Below are positions 52,500 through 64,000 of a DNA stretch of 64,000 nucleotides, piece by piece. The first letter of the stretch is position 1; each line of letters opens with the position of its first letter. The stretch comes from Takakia lepidozioides. Taxonomy: Eukaryota > Plantae > Bryophyta. The translations under genes were made by a program, and so were the position numbers. Below the pieces are notes generated by a model. It saw nothing but the letters and a program-made list of their open reading frames with translations. It did no database searches and had not been told where the DNA came from. The stretch is from NCBI GenBank assembly GCA_030704615.1, contig CM060731.1:19530001-19594000 (forward strand). Reading direction: 5' to 3'.

Positions 52500-53240
52500 G
52501 CACGAGCTCAAGCAGTTTTTTGGGTTCCACATGGTCGCAAGTCCACTCCATGAGCATTATTTGTATCATGCAACAAATGAGCCAATCGATGCGGACATCA
52601 CCCAGATTCTTCGTTGCATCTTGTGTCATTCTGATGTCCGTTCTTCTCAGATTCTTGGTAACAAAACAAGGGGAAGGAAGGGTCTCACGTACAATAAATT
52701 GCATGGAACCAAAACAATGAAAAAACATGTTGATAATGAGCATGCCGAGGTGATGGCTGGGTTCATAGCAAATATTACTGCAAGTAGAGATGCATGTACT
52801 ACGCATCGAGAGCCACACAAAAAGCGAAATCGGGTCACACTTGGCACAATTTCCAGTTTTTTTTTGGAGTGTCATCTTTTACAACAAACAAGATGAAAAA
52901 CAAAATATTTTGTTGAAAGATTTGGTGCTATGCATAGCTAAGGGATATATGTCTCTTAGTGCAGTGGAGAATGGATGGGTTAGGCGCAGCTACCTTCGAC
53001 AAGATTCGAGACTTGTTTTCCCATCTCATCATCTTGACATCAGAGGTCTTGCCTAATATGGTCAAGCATACACTAAACACATATGTCCGTCCTTATTTGG
53101 CAACGACTGCTACTTTTGACCTATGTATGAGTAAAGGTGCACATGACACTTTTGCACTCGTCATAAATTTCTTAACTCGAGAGTGGGAGCCAAAACACAT
53201 TACCGTTGATTTATTTGAAGCAAAAGACACCTGGTGACAT
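52500..53240 (+). mobile_element. hAT-like transposase fragment with BED zinc finger
   Basis: LRCILCH...YNKLHGT..MKKHV..EH, L.DLVL.IAKGY..LS.VEN.W, TATFDL.MSKGAHDTFALVINFL..W.P.H.T..LFE; frameshifted and truncated. Confidence 0.75.
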
Positions 53241-56200
53241 TGTATTCAGTGGGCTAAATTGGATGCACTTATGGGCGTGTAGATTTGTTACGTGACCATA
53301 CGAGTACAGAATACTATATAAAGTATATTTTGAATGGGGCTGTATCTTAATAAAGTCGAGGATTTGGTGGACGCACGTTATTAACTTAATTAACATTGTA
53401 TGAAGGCCCGATTGGGTCAGATTTGCGGCAAATCTTTTTTGTTTATATTGGGCGGCTGCTCAAATTCAAATTCATAGAGGGGCCATCTCTTAACTTAATT
53501 TCTAGTTTCTAAGGGGGTCCGGATAAATCCATAGCTCAATGGCTAATTATGATGATTTAATCATGCACGAAAATAATTAGAATATACTAAAATAAAATAT
53601 AAAATAAAAAATCATTGGATGGGGAATCTTTCAGATTCCCAAGTCCAAGAATTACCTCCAGGGTTCCAAGAGAACCCTCTGGGAACGCTATTCCAAGTTG
53701 GGGAGCAAAGGGAACCGTTCCCCGTTAGATGGGAACGCCCAATAATGGCCTCAAGCCACTTTAAATACCTCTAGTTATCATCCATGGGGTCAATCGATTT
53801 CCGGATAGATGAATTATGTTCATGTGCACATTCACTTCTTCAAATCATGCGTGAGGGAAAACTTAAACAAATAAGGTGGGGCAAGGGGCTTTCCAAACTA
53901 TAAGAATCTACTTTTCTATTTAAATAAGAGGGGAGTGAGGCATACTGTGTTTAAAATATGTCATCTTCTACCTTTGAAACCCGGGATGGGCCCTATCGAC
54001 TCGCATTGGTTGTCTCTCCTCTCTTGTTGTCTCTGTGCGCCGGCTCCCAGCTGCGAACTCCCAAATGACGTCTTTTACGCCGAAAAACCGGCCTCGCCGA
54101 GGCCTCAATGTGTACCTAAGTGGGGATCAACTCCCACTAATTTTCGTCCCGCACCACATGCGCAAAGAGGGGCCCATGAATAGTCCCGGAATTATTTATC
54201 CAACAGGCACCCCCCTTAAAATCCCCCTCCAATGACCCTTGGTCGCAAGACGCGGTCCCAGCCGTTGACCGCATGTCAACGCTGCAGCCCCGCATGGTTT
54301 TTGGGCATTTCTACCTTGGGCAGCCCCTAGAAACCCTTGGCTAGCCCCCCCTCTAGGGTAGGCTAGCAATTTACCCAAGGTCCCTTGGGATCCCTGGGCC
54401 TAATAATTGGCTCGGGCAAAATGCCTCGGGCTCAAAATGAACGGCAGGCCTCTTGGCTCGGCTTTCAATAGAAAAATATACACTAAAGGTTTCTCCCTCT
54501 AGCTCACCCTCGCGTATGAGGATGAAATAATTAAATGGCTATGGTGGGCTTCACCTATAGCTAGCAAAATATAAGAAAATACATCAACAATTCAAAGTTA
54601 GGTTCTCTAGCTCCATCCTTCAATGGGAATTGAAAGTAAGTCTAGGCTAGGGTATCTAGCTCAATAGAATAAAAATAAACAACAAGGCTATGGGAGTCTT
54701 CTCTCTAGTTCACAAGAAATGAACAACACAAGCTAGGGTATAAAACTTGATTCCACAAAGAAAATATGAGGTCTTCCATCTAGCTTGGTTGAAAGATCAA
54801 TCAAACAAATAACAAATAATTTGAAATGATCGATGGCACAAGGGCTAGCTCACCCGTTCAACCAGTGGGACGTTCGTGATGCTCTAACTTGCTCAGTGAC
54901 CTGGTACCACCGTGGCCTTTCTTGGTGCTCGTCAATCTGGCCCAACCGATCCCGGCTTCCTACTCGTCTTCAAGTCGCCAATCCACAAGTCCGTAATGAA
55001 AAAACTAAGCTTCTCTTTATAAAATTCAATGGGCTCAATGGCCAACAAAAGGTCTAGGGAGGTCTTCCCTCTAGCCTCCTACAAATGCTCTTCCTACACT
55101 AGCTAGGGAGACTCGAGCACACTCCCTAGGACCTAGGTCCCCTCAAGCCAAAACTAAAAACTAAAGTAGAACAACAAAGCAAAAGGAAGAGCACAAGATG
55201 AAGAACAAGGAGGACCTTGGTCTTCTTATATAGTACTTTGAGGCCTACTAAAGTACTAGAATCTATTGAGTTATTCTTATCTAATGGAGGTCTTAAATGC
55301 TAAAGGAAAATAAACTAATAGATAAAAGTTTTTGGATGATTTTTTCCAAGGCGGATGGAAAAGGGTTTTTTCCATCCTATTAGTGGATGACCAGCTAGCA
55401 CCAACTCATGGGTCAACTCTAATTATTTGGTCAAAGAAAAACTTGAAAATCAATTAAATGGGTCGCCACAAGTGCCGTTTGCCTTGAAATTTGGTGTTAT
55501 CGCTAATCTTAACCAAAAATCACCAAACTTGGTGACAAATTGTGTGAAGATCTTCTGCAATAGCTTGAAAATTTTCAGGTTGATTGGAATTATTTATCTT
55601 TTCCAAAACGCCGTTATTCATTAAATTATCGTGAATGAACTCTGCTGCTTCCTTGAAAAATGTCCTAATGGTGGTGCCTATGTGGGTCTTTGACCTTGCC
55701 ACTGAATCATTGAACTTATGAATCATCTCCAACTAACTCTACACTATTGGTGTAGTCCACGGTTCGCTCCACTTGTCCGGACTTGTCATTGTTCCGATGC
55801 AGCAAACTACTGTTTTGCGATATTTCATGTGTCAAGTAAATTTTATTATAGTGTGAAACTAATTAGAATATATATCTAGTTACTTGATTTTAACACTTGA
55901 AATTAGTTCAAATGTTAAATCAGGTGTCAAGATCTAAAATTGATATCTGAAATTTTTTATCCTCAAGCTTGTGAGTCGTGCGGCTTATCTCTCTCGAATT
56001 GAGCCTGCACGATCGAGAGCTCTCTTCGTGCCGAGTATGAGAGTGCATGAATGTGCTGATGAGAGTAGGTTGTTATGGGGTGGATTCCTGATAGCTTGGG
56101 GTGCCCAAGGCTCGACTACCTATCTTAATGAGTGATTGAGTTTATGTTCTATGTGTCATGTGACAATGTGACTTTAATCTAGAAATCAGAGAGATGTTGT

Positions 56201-56504
56201 CTAGCTTTGTAGTACTGGGCTAGATAGACTTATTTTGGTTTTAGCACTATGTAAATGATGTGAAATAGAGAAAGCATGATTTAGAAGAAGTGGTTAAGAT
56301 AGTCGTTCCTGCTGGTTCTTTTAAGTGTGTGCTAGCGTGCGCGGGAGGCACGGTAGATGACGTCGACTAAGGAGCCGACGGATGGAGGGTGTTGACAACT
56401 AATTAGTAGGCTCTACGCATGAACTTAGTGAGCAACATGTCGTAAGTTTATGAAGCCCATTGAACTGGGAAGATGACGTCTGAGCTGCAATTCACTATTT
56501 ATTT

Positions 56505-57335
56505 TAAAAAATGAAGCTACCGCCACAAAGACGGTCGCTGTTCTTTGTTTTAAAGAATGAAGCGACTGTCTTTTTCATTTTAAAAGATGAAGCGACCGCC
56601 AATTGACGGTATCTGATTTTTCTAATTAAAAAATGGGAGTAAACCCCGAATGGGGCAGGGCAGCGGGTTTGAACCCCGTACGTGTCAAGAGGCGCCTCGT
56701 CGCGTGGCGTTGCGCCACTCGCGAGAACAAACGGAATACACGGAAAAAAGAGGGAAGAGGGGGGAAGAGCGCCCTTTTTTAACCTTCCCCTCCCCTTTAT
56801 GATCACTTCTACTCATCCGTGGTGCGGTTCATTGGCTTCATGTAGTCTTTGGACTTCGTTGCTTGGCACTGCCAACGTGAGGTGCAAATGAATTTATTTA
56901 TTTATTTGGTGGTTGCTTTTATTATTTTTGTATTTCTTAAAATGAAAGCGACCGCCATATTGACGATCACTTTATTTATTAAATTTGACAAAACAAGCGA
57001 CCGTCCTATTGGCGGTTGTTTTTATTTATTAAATTTGACAAAATGATCAATCGTCAATATTATGGCAATTTTTTTCAAATTTAAAAAACGAGGGCGATCG
57101 TCAATATTGCGGTCGCTTCTATTTGTTATTTCAAAATATAAAGCAACCGCCAGTATGGAGGTCGCTTTTATTCTTTTATTTAAAAAAATAAAGCGACCGC
57201 CAATCATGCGGTCGCCTCCTTTAAAAAAATAAAATGAAAAGTGACCGCCAATATTATATTGGCGGTCGCTTTATTTTTAAAATTTTAACATTAAAACGAC
57301 CGCCAATTCTTGCGATCGCACTTTATTTTTGTTTT
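56505..57335. repeat. Array of imperfect palindromes (AAGCGACCGCCA-n-TGGCGGTCGCTT) with AT-rich spacers; probably non-autonomous DNA transposon subterminal repeats
   Basis: About 10 units in two blocks (about 56505-56620 and 56940-57335). Confidence 0.75.
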
Positions 57336-58112
57336 TTCATTATTTATCTGTCACCGCCACCGTGTCGGCGACGTGGCTTCTTAAGTGACATTATTTTGCC
57401 TATTTTGTTTTATAGGTATATTGCCTAAACCTGACGTGACGTAGGTCCTGTTAGTGTCAGGTCTAACGTGACCTGACGTTGATGGACGGACGTGACGTTA
57501 ATCACCGGACATACCAGGGTATCTGGTCTATTTATCTCATCATCTATAATGGTAATTGTGTTGGTAGAAATACCTCAGCTTGCAACAACATTTTCATCAT
57601 TTTCCTAGCTACGAGTAGGCTCAACATAATGCACATGGCTCGAAGAATGACAAGATAAAGATGACATGGATATGGATGATCCGCATTGTTAACATCTAAG
57701 AGGTTGATGAGAAAACTGTAAATCAACGTCTAAAATATCACGAGGATGACAACGATCGATTGTAGATGGTTGCTTCTCTACAACGCGACAGTGAAGAAGA
57801 GATATATCTTCTTCGGATTGAGTAAATGCATATGTATCTGACGGTGCACTTCATGATGCACCTAATGGTATAATCGGAGCTGTCAATTGGAGATACTCAC
57901 GCCTAGAGATTGCATGAATATAATCTTGAATCTGTTGAGGACAAAACATACGAACTGGATCGACAATATGGATGATTACAATTTTTTTTGGGCAATTTCC
58001 ATACCCAAGGGGTTATAGAAGCCACCAATGGTGCAGCTAACCAATCCCTTATCACCTGCACATAAGAAATAAATCAAAGTTAGTATAAAGCATAAAGATA
58101 AGTTAGTAAAAT

Positions 58113-58731
58113 TGTCAAGGACGAGAACATGACTGAATACAAACAAGAGATAAGACTAGAGGTACAAGGCTAGACAAGAAGTCAAGGTCGGCGTGGCCGA
58201 ATGCACGATAAGTAAATATGAATCAAGACGATCTTTATAACAATGAACAAGAGTACAAGATATTGGAACACGACTTGAATACTGGAATGCTGGAAACTGG
58301 ACTGGAGTACCAGATACTGGAAACTGGGCTAGAGTACTGGGAACTAGAAACAAGAGTAGTTTGTGGTGTTGGCGAGACTGAAGAGTGTCCAGTTTCGCTT
58401 CCTATATATACTGGCTACTAAGAAGCTTCCCTAAGAAGCTTCCCCTATGGAGGTTGCTTGCTGGAGAAGTTTCTAAGATTAAACAAAGGTTTCTTGATGG
58501 AAAAGCTTCCTTAAACAAAGGAGGTATCTTGATGGAGAAGTTTCCTCCAAATGAAGCTTCCTGAGCAGTTTCCCAAGTTACTCTTGGTAATTTGGTAAAC
58601 TCTCGGTTACTTGGTAAGTAATGGTAAATCGTGGTAAATCACGGTAAGTCATGGTAACTTCTGATAACATGGTAACTTGATAACTTCTGGTATTTTCTCC
58701 TGGTAAGTTCTTCTGGGCTATGTCCGTGACA
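58113..58731 (-). repeat. Chromovirus 3' LTR (619 bp, TGTCA...TGACA)
   Basis: Its first 130 bp on the plus strand match 63871-64000. It contains a TATA box at about 58402-58410 (minus) and short internal tandem motifs (ACTGGA, GGTAA). Confidence 0.9.
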
Positions 58732-61700
58732 TCACCCCCTCCTCTAGCGCCGAGTTCCTCGAGGAGCGGTAAAATCTTGGACTTGCTTAGAGTTGGAGAA
58801 AATCCAAAATCCGACGAATGGTACTTGCCAAGTATTCGGCTGTTCGTTCTTAACTCAAATGATTTATAGGTCCCTACAACCATCGATAATGTCCAACACC
58901 TTGAACTTGGGACCACGCATTGATTTGAGCATTTTGATTTTCGAAGCTGCCTTCAAACATGATTTCGTTGCCCTCTGGGTCCGAAGCCTCAACCTCCAAC
59001 AGAATTATCAGACTTCGAGTAGGCTTCACTTGCCGTCGTATGGGGTTCAGACGAAGAAGTACGCGTCGCATTGGTGGCCCATCGTCTTGAGAGCGTCGGC
59101 GTGATGTTGAAGGTCGTGAGAGTCGGAACGGCTGATCTGGTAGCTGGGTAAGCAACAACTCCAATGTATCTGGTTCCTGTGACTTCATACTGCCAATACA
59201 AGATGCAAGAGTGCTGGAAGTGTAGCTATATATACTGATGTGTGGTGCTCTTCCCTCATTAGCTTCACCTTGAAGCTAACTTGGCTGAGATCATTGTTGT
59301 GACGTCTTATTGACGTGTAGCTCGGGGCTTAGCTGGATATCGTTGATGAAACTCTTGGACCTTGTCAGATGCATTGGCGAGGTTGGATGAAGGTTCACAC
59401 GTTCGTTCGCTGATGTCGTAACCTTTCCAATGTACGAAATACTCAAGACGTTTATACTTGATGCGAGAGTCTAAGACTTCGTCGACTTCATACTCAATTT
59501 CATGATTGACTTTAATTGGTGGAGGTGGTACGAAGACTCTCCCTGGAATATTCGATGGATGATACAACTCCAATAATGAAACATGAAAGACTGGATGGAT
59601 GCGCATACTTCGTGGGAGTTCAAGCCGAAAACTGACCGGATTTATTTGTCGAATAATTTTGAATGGCCCAGGCGTTGATAATCCAACTTCCTTGATGGTC
59701 GCGAGGTTTGTATGTCATGTCAAAGAAGCCATACACGATCTCCGACCTTGAACTGGGATTGGAGTTGGCGACGTTGATCTGCATACTCCTTGTATTGTTT
59801 TTGAGCTTCTGCGATGTGGAATGTAAGCTCCTTGTGAATCGTAGCAAGATGAGTAGCAAGGTTTTCTACAGTAGGGCTTCCAACAGTCTTCATTTGGAAA
59901 GGGTTTGCTCGAGGATGATGACCATAATTGGAGAAAAATGAAGTTTGTTGCGTCGAAGAATGTATAGTGTTGTTGTAGGCAAACTCAGCCAATGACAGAA
60001 GGTCCGTCCAATTATCTTGGTGATAATTTATCGTACAGCGAAAATACTGCTCCAAAATCTAGTTTACACGTTCGGTTTGACCATCAGTCTGTGGATGATT
60101 AGCTGTAGAAAGGTTGATCTTAATATCCAATATGTGAAATAATCCCCTCCAGAAATTTGATATGAACTGTGGTCCTCGATCAGATACGATGTCCTTTGGG
60201 AGTCCATGAATGCGGTAGATATTATTGAGGAAGAGTTTTGCAGTTTCCTCACCGGTAACCGTCTTATTACATGGAATGAAATGTGTCATCTTCGTAAAAC
60301 GATCTACAATAACAAGGATTGAATCGGTGGTCTTGGAAATTGGAAGGTCCGTAATAAAGTCCATAGACACGGACGACCATGGACCCTTGGGAATGGATAA
60401 TGGTTGAAGAAGGCCGTAAGGTCGATGTCGTCGTCCCTTCGCTCTAGCACACGTGTCGCAAGATTTTATAAATTCTTTCACGAGTTTCCACATCTGCAGC
60501 CACCAATAGTCCCTGGATATCAATTCCATTGTTTTGTTGAAGCCGAAATGTCCTGCAGCCAAAAGATCATGACATGTTTGAAGAATTCAAAGTCGTGTAG
60601 GTCCTGGAGGTACATAGAGAAGTCCCTTGAAATAAAGTAAGTCATCTTTGAACTTGAAGTCGTTTGTAACATGTGGGTTGTCTCGAGGTCGATTTAGTTG
60701 ACTTCGTAGTGTCATAGCAAATTGGTCGCTCTTCAGTGCTTCCTGAATTTCTTTTATGATATCTGCATCGTCATAGGTGGACATGGATAGCATATTCAGT
60801 TGGAGATTTGATGGTTTCAAGATAATGGATTTCTGTTGGTCAAAAGCTGCATCCCTTTCCTTTGGCACAAGATACGATCGTCGAGAAAGAGCATCTGGTT
60901 TTTCTTGAAGATGTCCGGGACGATAGGTAATAACAAAATCAAACCTTGCTAGTGACATACTTCATCTTGCTTGACGTCGATTCAAAACACGAGCACTCAT
61001 AAAATACTCGAGGTTTTTGTGATCGGTATAGACAGTGACCTGATGTTGAGTTCCCTCCAATAGATGACGCCACTCCTCAAAAGCATCGATAATCGCTAGA
61101 AGTTCTTTGTCATGGATTTCATAATTGATCTCCGCAGCGAAAAATTTGCGAGAACGAAAACCAACAGGGTGAAGTCGGCCATCTGTACCGTATTGAGAGA
61201 GTACCGCGCCAAGTGCAAAGTCCGCTGCATCTGCTTAAAAAAAAACGGTTTAGATGGGTCTGCATGTACCAGTATTGGAGCCGTTGTAAATGCCTGCTTC
61301 AGCCTTTCAAATGTTTGGTCAACCTTCTCGTCCCATACAAATTTGTCCTTCCCTGTGAGTCGTGTCATTGGTACAGCAATTTTGGAGTAGTCATGGATGA
61401 AGATTCTATAGAAATTTGCAAATCCTAGAAAACATTATACATCTCGGACCGAAGTTGGTTTAACCCACTCGATGATGGTTTGTATTTTCTTCTGATCCAT
61501 AAAGACTCATTTGTCGGAAATAATATAGCCCAAAAATTCGACTTCAGATTGGTGGAAAATACATTTTTCCAACTTGGCATATAGTCTTTTTTTCCTCAAT
61601 TTATCAAGGACAAGGCATACATAACGACCATGTTCTTCTTCATTATGTGAAAATATCAAAATGTCGTCAAAATAGATGACTACAAAGTCATCTAAAAATT

Positions 61701-63870
61701 CTCGAAAGATGTCATTCATCATGTGTTGAAAAATTGCTGGAGCATTTGTAAGACCGAAAGACATAACACTGTATTCGAAATGTCCATACCTTGTGCGAAA
61801 AGCAGTCTTCTATTCGGCGTCTTCTTTTATTCGTACAAGGTTGTAAGCTCTTTTCAAGTCGATCTTTGTGAAAAATTTGTTCGTCCAAGTTATTCGAGGA
61901 GTCCGGAAATCAGCGGTAGTGGGTTTCGATTTTTTATAGTGACTTTGTTGAGCCCACGATAGTCCACACACATGCGTAACGATCCGTCCTTCTTCTTCAC
62001 AAATAAGATAAGTGCTCCCGCGGGTGATTTCGAATGTTGAATGAAATTCTTTGACAAATTTTCATCAATGTATTCGCGTAAAGCAGCCAGCTCCGTATGA
62101 GATAAATTGTAGATCGGGTGGTTGAGCTCCTTCTTGCAACTCAATTGCACAATCATAAGGTCGATGTTATGGCAACATGTCTGCATTTTTCTTCTCGAAA
62201 ACATCCTTGAAATCTTGATATTGAGTGGGTAATGTCGAAGTACCTTGGTCTGTTGTGGTTTTGATCGGAGTCGCATAAAGTGCAAATGTCGCGTTTTTCT
62301 TCATAGCTCTCATGAAGGCTCTAGCTCCAAGAAACAGGGGTTGAATACCTTTTGTACTTTTGCATTTTTGTCTTACAGAAATTTTTCGCGATCGCCAATC
62401 GATGTCAGGATTGTGAAGTACGAACCAGGGAAGTCCAAGGATCATATGATTCGTTGGAGACTGGATGACATTGAAAACAATCTGTAATGCTTGATTTTTA
62501 AGCTTCACTTCAAGGGGTCGAGTTTCATGGTCAATATTTCCTGATGTTAACGGTCGTCCATCGATGACTTCAACAGGGGTCGAGAATTTATTTCTTGCGA
62601 GCGTTAAATTGTGTTGCTTCGCAAAGCCTTTGTCAGTAAAACACGTTGAAGCGCCCGAGTCCAAAAGTGCTTCTACGGAGATATCTCGATTTTGCATCCT
62701 AATCTTTACTGGAACTATGAAACAAGGTACATGGTCTGGAGGTAGAAAGAGATTTTTTTTTGTGAGGAATTTGGGGTGTTCAGCCGCATGGTCCCTACTG
62801 TGACTGGACATCTTCGTTTTCCGACCTCCTCGTATCGAACACTTGAGTGGTGCCCCGAGCTTTGAATCTTCTCTTGTTGGGGCAATTTAATGCTATGTGA
62901 TCATCTTCTCCGCAATAAAGGCGTAATCCATTTGAGCGCCGTCTTTGTTTTTCTTGTGGCGTCAATGGCTTGAATTGGGCAGCATCAATCTGCATAGGAT
63001 TATTACCAGATGTCTGATGGATCGTTGTATTTGGTGCCGTAGTAGCAGCGGCATGGTGCGTCGTCGACCATCCAGATCGCTTCTCTTTACGTCTTTCGAA
63101 CAAACGATTATCGCATGCAATGACTTGGGTGATGAATTCGCTCAGTGTACTCACGTTTGGCATTGTCAGCAACAAATCTTTAACATCATCTTTTAGGCCA
63201 CATCGAAACTGACTAATGAGGTTATTCTCGAGGTCGCACGCAAGTTGTCGAAATTCGGCAACATAAACGGAAGTTGGACGTGCTCCTTGTCGAAGATTTC
63301 GCATCTTTGTCTCTGCAACTCTCTCTCTATCATTCTCTCCAAACGTTGCAGTGAACTCGTACATGAATGCTTCAAAATTGTATAGTAAATGCGAATTTTT
63401 CTCTAATAGCGGTGCAAACCAAGATATGGCAGTGCCTGATAAAAGGGTGCCCACAAATCCCACTTGAATACCTTCATTAGAGTAGCGTTGTGGATGTAGT
63501 CGTATGAACAATCGTACTTGTTGAACAAAACCGCGAAATATTGATCTCGTCCCATCAAATTTCTCGGGCATGCTGACCTTTGGTTCCTTTGTAATCTGTT
63601 GAAGATTTGGAGGAACCGTTGCAGTATGATTTGTTGTAGTAGGGACTCATAAGGTTGAAGATCCATTGTTCGACTCTTTCAACTCTGAAATTTGTTGTTG
63701 CAAATTGTTGAGAGCATTGCCAAGGTCTTGAAACTGATCAGCTTGTAGTTGGGCAGTAGAGGCACAAAGTTCTTGTATCTGGAGCTGAAGACTCTGCAAT
63801 GTGGCGACCATTTCCGCAAATGTGCCTTTCATCTTAACTAACTAAAGAACAAACTTGAGTCTCGTCAAAC

Positions 63871-64000
63871 TGTCAAGGACGAGAACATGACTAAAAACAA
63901 ACAAGAGATAAGACTAGAGGTACAAGGCTAGACAAGAAGTCAAGGTCGGCGTGGCTGAATGCACGATGAGTAAATATGAATCAAGACGATCTTTATACAA
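63871..64000 (-). repeat. Chromovirus 5' LTR (partial)
   Basis: TGTCAAGGACGAGAACATGACT... matches 58113 onward with a few substitutions. Confidence 0.92.

Larger units (their letters stand above)
58113..64000 (-). mobile_element. Ty3/Gypsy chromovirus (Tcn1/Tf1-sushi-like), decayed; the 5' LTR runs past the window end
   Basis: Gag PEKFDG (62795-63571), protease LLDSGAS, RT ([23 protein letters not shown]), RNase H, integrase (GHFG, WSSVSMDFITDLP, HPQTDGQTER), chromodomain [18 protein letters not shown] (59307-59606), and PPT AGAGGAGGGGGTGA. Confidence 0.95.

Noticed and set aside
53400-55500. Solo LTR or other TE body
   Set aside because: It looks repeat-like (many CTAGC motifs, TATA), but I could not define termini, a TSD or coding remnants.
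56505-57335. CRISPR array
   Set aside because: Repeats are degenerate, spacers are low-complexity A/T runs, there are no cas genes, and the context is eukaryotic.
57540-58110. Harbinger DDE nuclease remnant
   Set aside because: Only a faint resemblance to the GAIDG motif near 58010-58040, too degraded to support.

Overview
Land-plant nuclear DNA with spliceosomal introns. The near-identical PLS repeats, IPT9-type gene and Tcn1-like chromovirus point to a bryophyte or other seed-free plant (inference). The main feature is a PLS-class PPR-E-DYW C-to-U editing-factor gene (about 6272-10677, +). Its spliced 5' exons add a transit-peptide-like leader and two tandem PDF motifs of the OSB organellar ssDNA-binding protein family, giving an ssDNA-binding module fused to an RNA-reading cytidine deaminase. 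One frameshift near 9450 interrupts it. Two scrambled or decayed paralog clusters with the same architecture lie at 1-4760 and 32430-36800, and both end in the same hairpin-CTAG element. Other content: a flotillin pseudogene and an inverted partial copy; a young full-length Copia nested in an older Copia; an intronless IPT9/MiaA-type isopentenyltransferase that appears to lack the tRNA-binding insertion domain; a cluster of tRNA-derived SINEs; intact CID7-like (PAM2/Smr) and FMO genes head-to-head; decayed Myb/SANT and hAT transposon pieces; a palindromic repeat array; and a decayed chromovirus with a Tf1-like self-priming signature. All gene models were derived by eye and need RNA-seq confirmation.
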